64,000 nucleotides of DNA from Felis catus (taxonomy: Eukaryota), in contig NC_058368.1 in assembly GCF_018350175.1 (NCBI RefSeq), positions 142,292,001 to 142,356,000 on the forward strand, written 5' to 3'. The notes below the pieces were generated by a model, which made no database searches, was not told the origin of the DNA, and saw only the letters and a list, made by a program, of their open reading frames with translations. The translations under genes were made by a program, and so were the position numbers. Position 1 is the first letter of the stretch. Each line of letters opens with the position of its first letter. Shown here piece by piece: positions 24,018 to 34,501 of the stretch.

Positions 24018-24246
24018 TTTTTTTTTTTTTAATTTTTTTTTTTCAACGTTTATTTTATTTTTGGGCAGAGAGAGACAGAGCATGAACGGGGGAGGGGCAG
24101 AGAGAGAGGGAGACACCGAATCGGAAACAGGCTCCAGGCTCTGAGCCATCAGCCCAGAGCCCGACACGGGGCTCGAACTCACGGACTGCGAGATCGTGAC
24201 CTGGCTGAAGTCGGACGCCTAACCAACTGCGCCACCCAGGCGCCCC
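24018..24246 (-). mobile_element. Young felid CanSINE (SINEC_Fc)
   Basis: Perfect 14-bp TSD tcgttatcatttct (24004-24017 and 24247-24260); CpG-rich. Confidence 0.95.
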
Positions 24247-24539
24247 TCGTTATCATTTCTAATAGTGTGTTCAGTCTTTGGCATATGAGGGAAAGAAAAT
24301 GTTCTTAAATGTTTAATTAAAAAATACACTGTTTATGTTAACAGCACAAGTTTTTTTTTTTTATTCTTATGAAATTGAAGTAATTTGTTTAGTTTTTTTC
24401 AGCACAGATTCAGAAGAAAGTGTTAAAATTGAGCATAACAGAATGTGTAGTGGCTACATAGCACAGGAGACTGATAGGAAGGGGCCATACCAGATGACCC
24501 GTTTGAAGATCAACCTCATGTGATCCAGCAACTTTTTAA

Positions 24540-25670
24540 AAAATTAAACTGTTTATTTTGAGATAATTGCAGATTCACACAATTAGAAGAAATAAAACTC
24601 TATACCAAATTTTCCCAAGGGTAACATCTTGCAAAGCCATGGTATAATTTCGAAACAAGAATCTTGACAGTCATAAGTAGAGATAGCATTTCCATCACCA
24701 GAGAATCCCTCATGTTGCCCTTTTGTAGCACATTAATTTCCCTCCTGCCCTCATCCACTTATTAACCCCAGCTATCACTAATGTGTTGTTCGTTTCTGTT
24801 ATTTTGCCATTTTAAGAATGTTATTTAAATGGGGTCACTTGGGTGGCTCAGTGGTTAGGTGCCTGGCTCTTGATCTCAGCTCAGGTCTTGATCTCGGGGT
24901 TGTGAGTTCAAGCCCTGCATTGGGCTCCATGCTAGGCATGAAGCCCACTTAAAAAAAAAAAAAAAAGTTGTATAAATGGCATCATGGGATAAGTAACTTT
25001 TGTCTTTTTGTGCTCAGCATAGTTCTCTGGAGATTCATCTGGGTTATTGTGTGTATCAGTAGCCATAGTTCTTTCTTTTTTATTCCTCAGTAAAACTCTG
25101 GATGTACCGCAGTTTGTTTATCCGTTCACCAGTGAAGGACTAGACTTTTCTCATTTTAGGCTATTATAAATAAAGCCTCTACAAACATTTGTGAACAGGT
25201 TTTATGTGAACATCTGTTTTCATTTCTCTGTGATAAATATCCAAGAGTATAATTGTTGGTTCATATGGAAGTTTCATGTTTAGTGATCTTTTTAAGAAAC
25301 TAACAGACTGTTTTTCAGGATGACTGTACCATTTTACATTGCCACCAACAATGTATGAGTTACTCAGCTTCCACATTCTGACCAGCATTTAGTGTTGTCA
25401 CTTTTTAAAATTTTAGCTGTTTTGATAGATGGATAGTGATATCTCACTGAGGTTATAAGTTGTATTTCTCTGGTGACTCATGATGTTGAACATCTTTTCA
25501 TGTGATCTTCCCCCCTCTTTATAGCCTCTTGATGAAACATCCTTTCATGTGTTTTGCCCATTTTCTAATTGAATTTTTTTTTCTAACTGTTGAACTTTGA
25601 AAGTTCTTCATATATTCTGCATGCTAATCATTAGTTGGATATATGGTTTACAAATATTTTTTTCCATAAC
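24540..25670 (-). mobile_element. Old L1 3' end (L1M-type), split by a short SINE
   Basis: tgagataattgcagattcacac... 3' end and ORF2 C-terminus remnant (ORF 25179-25388). Confidence 0.8.
24831..24966 (+). mobile_element. Short CanSINE lacking the CT linker
   Basis: ggggtcacttgggtggctcag...aagcccacttaaaaaaaa. Confidence 0.88.
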
Positions 25671-25739
25671 TAAGCAGAATTTAAAATGAACTTAAAGTAA
25701 TAATGAATGCCTATACTTAAAAAGTAAAATCTGGTGGTA

Positions 25740-26190
25740 CACACTTTAGGCTCTGGCATTTTCTATTGGGTTTGAATTTAGACTATGCCATTTATTAGCT
25801 ATATGACTGAGAAAGTTACTGAATATCTCTGATTCAGTTGCTTATGTGTATAATAGGGATTTAAAACAACATCTATCTGTGGGGTGCCTGGGTGGCTCAG
25901 TCGGTTAAGTATCTGACTTCAGCTCAGGTCATGATCTTATGTTTTGTGAGTTCGAGCGTCGGGCTCTGTGCTGACAACTCAGAGACTGAAGCCTATTTCA
26001 GGTTCTCTGTCTCCCTCTCTGTCTGCTCCTCCTCCACTAATGCTTTGTCTCTCAAAAATAAATAAATGTTTAAAAAAAAAACTTTTTTTTAAATAGCATC
26101 TAAGGGAATTGTTGTGAGAATTAAAAGAGTTAACATGAAGAATTTGAACATTGTGTGGCTTATAAGTGCTGAATATGTGTTGGTCCTTAT
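25740..26190 (+). mobile_element. MIR split by a CanSINE
   Basis: gggtttgaatt...ccatttattagctatatgact...; gttgtgagaattaaaagag. Confidence 0.6.
25881..26090 (+). mobile_element. CanSINE (sense) 167 nt upstream of SCAMP1 exon 8
   Basis: ggggtgcctgggtggctcagtcggttaag head; TSD aaa(c/t)a(a/g)catcta. Confidence 0.93.
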
Positions 26191-26256
26191 TTTTTAAAAA
26201 CCCGGCATTAATTTATTTGTCTAATTATACTCTTTTTTAAAAAAATTACTTGTTAG

Positions 26257-26374
26257 TGGTTGGATTTCATCCCTTACTGGTCTCAACCAAAGTATTCCTG
26301 TTGGAATTATGATGATCATCATAGCAGCACTTTTCACAGCATCAGCGGTCATTTCACTAGTTATGTTTAAAAAG
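26257..26374 (+). CDS. SCAMP1: SCAMP1 penultimate coding exon (exon 8), 118 nt
   Basis: TTAG acceptor at 26253-26256 and AAG|GTAAGT donor. Translates (C)[39 protein letters not shown] (TM4). Phase joins correctly with the previous exon (TG|T = Cys) and the next (phase 0). Confidence 0.97.
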
Positions 26375-26445
26375 GTAAGTGACATTTTACATCTGTAAAT
26401 TTTTATAGTTAATCTTATGTGCAGTTCTCATTTTCCTATTTTGCT

Positions 26446-26666
26446 TATTATTTTTTTTAATGTTTAGTTTGATTTTGAGAGAGAGAGAGATGAGAAAGAG
26501 AGAGAGTGTGAATCAGGGAGGGGCAGAGAGGGAGACAGAATCCAAAGCAGGCTCCAGGCTCTGAGCTGTCAGCACAAAGCCCCATGAGGGGCTCGAACTC
26601 ACAAATCATGAGATTGTGACCTGAGCCGAAGTTGGATGCTTAACGACTGAGACACCTAGGTGCCCC
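26446..26666 (-). mobile_element. CanSINE (antisense) about 72 nt downstream of SCAMP1 exon 8
   Basis: TSD tcc(t/c)attttgct. Confidence 0.93.
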
Positions 26667-26874
26667 TCCCATTTTGCTCCTAATTCAGTGTAACCTCAAG
26701 CCATTTTGTTCTTCTTGTTACAAGTGTGCTCTCTGAGCATTACAATTAGAAGTTATGGATAGATAATATTGCCTCACGTTTTTAACTTACTCTAAAAAGG
26801 GAATATTTTAAAATCCTGTTATTACTTAGGGCTTCTTTCATGAAGAGTCAGCCTCATTTTGAAAATTTGGAATT

Positions 26875-27091
26875 GGGGTGCCTGGGTGGCTCAGTTGGTT
26901 AAGCATCTGACTTCAGCTCAGGTCATGATCTTGTGGTTCATGGGTTCGAGCCCTGTGTCAGGCTCTGTGCTGACAGCTCAGAGCCTGGAGACTGCTTGGG
27001 ATTCTGTGTCTCCCTCTCTCTCTGCCCCTCTCCTGCTTGTGCTCTGTCTCTCTTAATCTCTCAAAATTGAATAAATGTTAAATTTTTTTTT
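26875..27091 (+). mobile_element. CanSINE
   Basis: TSD aatttggaatt. Confidence 0.93.
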
Positions 27092-27659
27092 AATTTGGAA
27101 TTAAAAAAATACATATTCTGATTTCTTTTTTTGAATATAAAGCATATTTGCCTAATTGATAAATAGAAGTAAAAAAGTGTGGAACGTGCATTTTGTTTGT
27201 ATTTGAAATTGAAAGACATGAAATTATGAGTATAAAGTAAGCTGATGATGGGTTTGGGCTGGGTTATAACATGAATTTTATTTTAGTGATTGCCCAATTA
27301 TCTTAGCTATACTTCTTTCTGTAAAATTCCCATGGCTATTTTCATAGCCTTAAAAAAATTATTATGTAGAGAAATCAAAGTTATGATTTGTATATATAAG
27401 GTTTTATTGTGTCTTATATATTTTTGATATCCTATGTGTGTCCAAACATGTAGATTGTACATCATATAGAGACCCTGGGAATAACACTTATGTTTTAAGA
27501 TGATAAAGAACTTTTTGGGGAGTCTCATTTTAAAGAAGATAATTCCTTAGAACTGTTTTTTCTTAATTTTTTACTGTCTGGTAACTTAAGAAAATGTACA
27601 AGGAAAATAGAAATAACTAACTTAAGAAATAACTAATTTAAGAACACTTTTGCACTCTT

Positions 27660-27865
27660 GGGGCGCCTGAGCATCCAGCTTCAGCTCAGGTCATGATCTT
27701 ACGTTTGTGGGTTGGAGCCCCACATCAGGTTCTGTGCCGACAGCTCAGAGCCCAGAGCCTGCTTTGGATTCTCTGTCTCCCTTTGTCTCTACCTCTCCCC
27801 TACTTGCACTCTGTCTCTCTCTCTCTCTTTCTCAAAAATAAAATTTAAAAAGTTAAAGAAAAAAA
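27660..27865 (+). mobile_element. CanSINE with a deletion across the A-box
   Basis: ggggcgcctg joined directly to agcatccagcttcagctc (ggtggctcagtcggtt missing); TSD-like actttgcactctt. Confidence 0.88.
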
Positions 27866-28487
27866 CCACTTTGCACTCTTGAAATATTTTGCACATTTGC
27901 CTTTTATCCTTTTCAAAACCCTGAAGACTAGGCTGTGTTCTTTCTGTCCATATTTTGCTACTCATTTTCTCTCTTAAAAGCTGTTACTTGTTTTCTGAAC
28001 TGGTCACACATACTATTGAATATTGAAACTCAGCTTTCCAAAGTTAATAAATCACGTATCCTTTTTGCAGTTATCTTTTTCCTTGAACTCTGCAGCTTTC
28101 TACGCTGCAGGTGGCCCCTCTTCCTCAGTCTGTGTAATTGTGTTCTGATTCTCCTGCCTTTGACCTATTCTTTCTCCTTCATTCCTTTGTCCAGCTCCTA
28201 AGTACATGTGTACTTAAATGCAGTCAGCTCTCTGCTCTTTGTGCTCTATAATCTTTGTCCTTGTAAATTTCAGTCTCTCCAATTTTGGGGGTGCTTTCTC
28301 TTCTCTATTCTGGGTGACCTAGAATCTTGGAGTTGGAAGACATAATGCTTTGCATAAAAATTTAGTTGTTTCCTCAGGTGACTGTTTAGAACTCCCATTG
28401 ATTGGTATCATCATGTCACAGTAATGTTTCTTCTCAGAACTAGCTCTTCTTCCAGAAGCTCTGATTCATAATCAAGAAAAATTTATT

Positions 28488-28770
28488 AAGACCACATATT
28501 ATATGATTTCATTTACCATGAAGTGTCCCAAACAGGCAAATCTTTAGAGATAGAAAGTAGATTTGTGGTTGCCTGAGGTTGGGGGTAGGGTGGAGAGGGA
28601 TTGCTGATGGTTATGAAAGTTCTTTTTGGGGTGATGAAAATTTCTAAAATTAGATTGATAGATGATCTATTCACAACACTATAAATACTAAAAACCATTA
28701 AGTTCTATCCTTTAAAAGGGTAAATTGTATATTATGCAAATTTTATCTCAGTAAAGCTGTTTTAAAAAAT
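28488..28770 (+). mobile_element. L1MB-type 3' end
   Basis: agaccacatattatatgatttcattt...aggcaaatctttagagatagaaagtagatttgtggttgcc...tctcagtaaagctgtt. Confidence 0.8.
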
Positions 28771-29339
28771 GAATATTTATTAAGTACCTACTGTAAATTA
28801 GGTGGTACTAAGTATTTTCTCCTATGATTCCATTAAAATTTATGTCAACACTTTGACTGCTTTTGTCAGTGCTTTCATTACTTTTTTAGTCACTATCCTA
28901 GATAACTTTCTAAGTATCTTTTCCATCCTTTTCTTCCTTTTCATTCCCAGTCTCAGCTAGCCCAGAAATGTTTTGCAGGTCACCACACCCTCACTTCCCC
29001 CATCTTCCTTCAGTTACTATGTGAATCTAAAAAAACCCACCCAAACAACTCTGAAGATTTTTAAAGTGGACTTGGATTGGGGAATGGGATTTTGGTGCTT
29101 GTGGGAACTAGGGCTAGTAGTGACCTTATACTGCTCCTGGATCCACACTTGCTTCTCTAGTGGAAGACCCATGTCTTAAGGATTGTGTCATCCTTAATTT
29201 TCTTGGGAACTTACTGTAGGTGTTACTCACTATGGCATCTGGGTACAAGCCACTCTATATATCTTATAATGCACATACTCTGGGTACCCAGCTTGTTAGA
29301 GTTCCTCCAGGGTGAATGTGGCTTCTAGCCTTGGAATTA

Positions 29340-29660
29340 GAGGAGCAAGAGCTTTGGAACCATACAATTCAGGTTGAAATTCTGGTGCCTTGACTTCAAG
29401 GCGTGTGAGCTGAGGCAGGCTTCTCTAACCACTCAGTCTCAGTGTCATCACCTGTACTCTAAGCTCCTCAGGGGCAGAGGCCTAGTCTGTGTGCTTTCAG
29501 GTTTTTTTGGTCACATCTGGAACAGTGACTGGCAGTGATATATGGTGGGCACTCAGAGTATTTGTTGAATGAAGGAAGGAATGGGAATAATAACTACTTC
29601 CATAGGGTTGGAGTGAGGATTAAGTGAAACAGTGAACATAAGCTGCCCAGCACAGGGCTT
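29340..29660 (+). mobile_element. MIR with an embedded L2 3' fragment (about 29455-29580)
   Basis: MIR core motifs flank aagctcctcaggggcagagg...tatttgttgaatgaa. Confidence 0.55.
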
Positions 29661-29761
29661 CTTCAGCCAAAATTAACGACTTTTTCTGGTCTTCTTGACC
29701 CCTTTATCAGTTTATATGCAGGGTGGTCTGGTTTAGTGTCTACTTTTGTTTAGTAGGTGCC

Positions 29762-30094
29762 TGTATCAATCTAAAAGGATTTGCCTTATGTGGTTGTGGG
29801 AGCTTGCTGAATTAGTCCGAAATCCATAGAGTGGGCAGGCAGGAAGGGTTGGAAAATCTGAAGCAGAAGATGAAGCTCCAGTCCCAGGTGAGATTTCCTC
29901 AGAGAAACCTCAGTTCTTTCCTTAAGGCCTTTCAACTGATTTGATCAGGCCTACCAGCTCAAATACTATTCTCCTTTTCTTAAAGACAACTGATTAATAA
30001 TCACATGCCCAAAGTACCTTCACAGCAACATCTAGATTAGGGTTTTATTAATAACTGAAGACTATAGCCTAGCCACAGAAACCTGACCATCACA
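29762..30094 (-). mobile_element. MLT2-family (ERVL) LTR remnant
   Basis: accttcacagcaacatctagattag...ataactgaagactatagcctagcca...accatcaca is the reverse complement of the MLT2 5' end as I recall it. Confidence 0.7.
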
Positions 30095-30199
30095 ACATCT
30101 CTTTGGACATTTCCTTTATTATTGCAGATGCTTTATAAAACTAGAAATGTAGTAAGTTTAAAATACAGTAAATACAGTAATGGATTTTGGGGTATGTTG

Positions 30200-31450
30200 C
30201 AGGTTCTATTCATTTTTTAAACAACCATTTATGATCATGTGTTATGTGCCAAGTGCTGCACTGTGTATGAGCTCAAGGAGCTCACATTTTGGTGTGAAGC
30301 ATAAACAAGTGAGTGGGTACCACAATTCGGTGATTTAGTGGCTGTTTTGGGGGCAAGTACAGGGATCACAGAGGAGAGATACCTAATTAAGTTTTAGAGA
30401 TATTTTAAAGTAGTGGGGTCTTGTAAAGTGTTTCCTTGGCTGAGATATTATGATTAGCAAGAGTTATCTAAGTAAAAGAATAGGGAGAAGGAAGAGCGTA
30501 AATAGGTACCAGGTAACAGGGATACCATTTTCATATCTAGTTGCAGGAAATAACATGACATAGGGTATTAAAAGTAGCTCAGAATGGATGGAAAATCAAC
30601 TTGGTGCATGAGTTGGACAGGGAGAAATGTGCGGTGTTGTTGGTGGAGGACAGGAAAAGATGAGACTACATACATAAGTTTAGTTAGATTTTGCAGGGTC
30701 TTGTAAAGTAGGAAAACTTGTTAGGTTTGGATCTTTCCCACAGAGTGGTGGTGAGCCATAGAAGTGGTTTAAAGAGGAAAGTAAAAGAATTGATGAATTG
30801 ATCAATTTGAGCTTTAGAAAGATTTGTAATTTGTGTGGTGGGGATATGGTACTTGGAGAAATGAAGACAGGGAGGCAGGATAGGAAGCAGGTTAGTAATG
30901 GTGGCCAGAACTAAGGAAGCAGCAGCGTGAAGTAACTGTACTCAAGGGAATATGCACGTAGTGATTGATTGGACCTGGCCCCAGAAGCCGAGAATGAGGG
31001 AAGGCTCAAGAATGACACCCAGGTTTTTAGATGGTGGGTCATTCAGAAAGAGAGTACAGGAAGAAGAACAGATATATGGGCATTGGGGTGCCTGGCTGTC
31101 TCAGTTCATAGAGCATGTGACTCTTAATCTCAAGGTTGTGAGTTTAAGCCCCACATTGGGTATGGGGCCTACTTAAATAAAAACACATTATGTGAAAAAG
31201 ATATATGGGCATCAAGTTGTTTTCAGCTTTAAATCCAGAGAATTTAAAATGATGCTGGGGCATCAAAATATAAATACATGGTAGGCTTTTGGATCTATAA
31301 GTTGGAAGCAAAGGAAAGAGCTTTAGGCTGGATTTCTAGACTTGGGAAGTATTGACTTCTTGACGTAAATGAATCCTGGAAAATGGGTATGGAGTAAGAT
31401 GAGTGTAGAACACTACCAACACTTAGAAATCTGCTGAAGAAAGAATATGG
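30200..31450 (-). mobile_element. Degenerate L2 fragments
   Basis: Purine-rich L2-like motifs (attcatttt...tatgtgccaagtgctgcactg; caagaatgacacccaggtttt). Confidence 0.5.
31085..31198 (+). mobile_element. Short CanSINE
   Basis: TSD agatatatgggcat. Confidence 0.88.
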
Positions 31451-32019
31451 AGGGAATTTTAACAATGGTTGCAGTGGGGTGTGTGGTACAGATGATTAAT
31501 ATGGTTGGAGTGGGAGGAAGTGTTTATTCTACAGCTGCTGTTAAACTGACTCCTGTGTACAGCTCTCGTAAGTGTTTGACCTACAGCTTTCTCCCCAGGA
31601 ACACAGTTCTTTAAGATGCAGTGCATTAAAGGAAAAGTTGTAGAGTTGTGCTGATTGTATGCCAGGCATTGAAAAGAAATGGCTCCTTCCCAAATAAGTG
31701 TATTAGTATGGGAAATGTGTAGCATATAGGTTGACTTTTTTGTTGTTGTTGTTACTCATGGGTAAAGAAGTTACCAGTTTACACTTTTTATACGTGTCCA
31801 CTGTCAGTCGATGCAATATAAGTTCCTAAACTTCTCTGAATCTCATATTCTTGTGAAATAGGAATTAAGATGAGATGATTTTCTGAATGGTTTTATGAAG
31901 TACAATAATTGGGGATAATAAAAGCTAAACTGTAATTTGAGCTCAGATTTCATACTTGTAGTAACAAGGATTTCTCTTACTTTGGGTAGAAATTGAGATC
32001 CAATAAAAACACTTGATTT

Positions 32020-32221
32020 GGGGGGCACCTGGGTAGCTTACGCGGTTAAACATCCAACTCTTTCAGCTCAGGTCATGATCTCATTGTGGGTTCAAGCCCC
32101 GCATAGGGCTCTGTGCTTACAGTGTAGAGCCTGCTTGAGATTCTCTCTCTCTTCTCTTTCTCTGCCTCTCACTCCCTCATGCTTTCTCACTTTCTCTCTC
32201 TAAATAAAAAACAAAACAAAC
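32020..32221 (+). mobile_element. CanSINE
   Basis: ggggcacctgggtagct head, CT linker, (AAAAC)n tail. Confidence 0.9.
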
Positions 32222-33524
32222 AAAACGCTTAGTTTTAAATTTTCTCTTCCACACTTGGACAAAACTGGCTGTTTCCTTTGTGTGTATGTAGCCATAGTTG
32301 CTAACCACTAGGGGTCAGGCTCCTCATAAACAGTTAATGCCCTCCAAAAGTTATTGATGCACACCATTTGACTCTAGAATTGTTGCATTTTATTATGCTA
32401 TTCTGTGTTTCCAGCCCCAGCTAAATGTGCTCTGTGGTATATATTTATTTCAGTTGAATACAGTTTTGAGAATTTGGTTGGCATTCTGAAGTCTTGCATA
32501 ATTGGAGTAGGTAATAATTACTGTATCAAGTGCCCACTATGAGTGCTATGGTATTTTTGTTTCCTTGTAGTGTCATTTTATAATTGAAATTTTAAAAAAT
32601 TGAAATGCAAGAATATCTGTCATTTCAAAGATAAGGGAATAGTTCAGTTCTTAACTTTTAGAGATTTCTTTAATTTTCTCTTAGGTTGTGTCTAAAAGGT
32701 ATTTTTTTAAGGTCTTTTCTCTGTAGTAAATAAATGGAATTGAGTAATAGTTTTGGACTAAGGGGGAGGTGTTTTCAGTGGGTCAAATAATAATAAATGA
32801 ATGAGTCACAGGACACTGTATATCAGGGGAATCAAAAATTTTCCTTCTTTTAGTTGGTATAAGAACTAGAATGGCTTAGTATGGAAGAGATAAATAGATG
32901 ATACATAATTTATACTCCTTTTGGGACCTAGTTATAAATGAGTATTTTTCCCATAAAATTTAAGAAACTGTTCATAGACATTTGTGTTCACATTAATAAA
33001 CTAATTACTAACAGTGATTTTTAAAGCATTTCAAAAGCAATTTAGAATAAATTTCGCTTTAAAAAAAAAAAAGTTTCCCTAAATGCTTGAATTGTTTTTA
33101 AAAATGCCAGTATATCTATTCTGAAAAAACTTCTCTGTGAGAGTATATAACTCGGGTATATGATCCACAGTGGAGATGATGATGGTGATGAAAATAATAA
33201 TAATTATTGGTGTTTTATAGTGAATGCTCTATGAACATACCCAGTTATATTTAATAATGGTCTTAGGTTAAAAATGATGATTTCATTTTCTTTGAAAACA
33301 TTGCTATTGTTCACCCCTCCTTTTTTTTTTTTTTTGCTTCCTTTTTAATTTTTTTTTGTTTTATTTGGATCTAGGACAGAATGCTGATAATTTAATGTAC
33401 TTTTTTTTTTAAATAGTCACATTTAGGTATATTTCTTTTGCCTTCTCTCTGCCTCTTTCTCTGAATCATCCAAGACTATAATTTTTCCTGATTAAAAATC
33501 CATTTCAGATGATTGACATGGCCT

Positions 33525-33676
33525 ATTTTCTTTTTCTTTTTCTTTTTCTCCTCCTCCTCCTCCTCCTCCTCCTCCTCCTCCTCCTCCTCCTCCTCCTCCT
33601 CCTTCTTTTTCTTTTTCTTTTTCTTTCTCTTTCTCTTTCTCTTTTTCTTTTTCTTTTTCTTTTTCTTTTTCTTTTT
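33525..33676. repeat. (CTTTTT)n-(CCT)n-(CTTTTT/CTTTCT)n microsatellite derived from a SINE tail
   Basis: Direct reading; about 18 CCT units at 33549-33603. Confidence 0.95.
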
Positions 33677-33851
33677 GAGAGGAGAGTGAACATGTGCATG
33701 TGCAAGCAGGGAGAGGGAGAGAGAGAATCTTAAGCAGACTCCACACTCTGCGGAGCCCGAGGTGGCGCTCAATCTCATGACCGTGAGATCATGACCAGGC
33801 AAAATCAATCAAGAGTCAGATGCTTAACCAACTAGGCCACCCAGGTGCCCC
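33677..33851 (-). mobile_element. CanSINE
   Basis: Antisense body ending in ccacccaggtgcccc. Confidence 0.9.
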
Positions 33852-33914
33852 AAGAATAATAATATTTGTTAAACAATATGTTGGGGACATTGAAATTTTT
33901 TCTGCTCTAAATAC

Positions 33915-34429
33915 TTTTTATTTTTTTTTTATTAACTGAATTATAGCAGTAGACAGTACTATATTGGTTTTAGATGTACAACATTGTGATTTGACATTTA
34001 TAAATTACATCATGAAATAATTTCCATAAGTATAGTTACCATCTGTCACCATTCAAGGCTACACAATATTGTTGACTGTATTCCCTATACTGTACTTCAC
34101 ATCCCTGTGACTTATTTGTTTTGTACCTGGAAGTTTGTACCTCTTAATCCCTTTCCCCTATTTTGCCCATCCCTCCACTTCTGTATCCCCATCCCCAGCA
34201 GCCATCAGTTTGTGCTCTGTATTTATGAGTCTCTTTCAGGTTTTTTGTTGTTGTTGTTTGCTCATTTGTTTTTTAGAGTTTGCATATAAGTGACATCATA
34301 TGGTATTTGTCTTCCTCTGACTTATTTCACTTAGCATAATACCTCCTAGGTCTGTCCATGTTATTGCAAATGGCAAGATGTCATTCTTTTTTTTTTTTTG
34401 GCTGAGTAATAGTGCATTGTGTATGTGTA

Positions 34430-34501
<72 letters not shown>

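Noticed and set aside
33476..33808. ORFs encoding poly-K/E, poly-G, poly-R and poly-L tracts
   Set aside because: They are translations of a microsatellite plus a SINE, with no splice or coding support.
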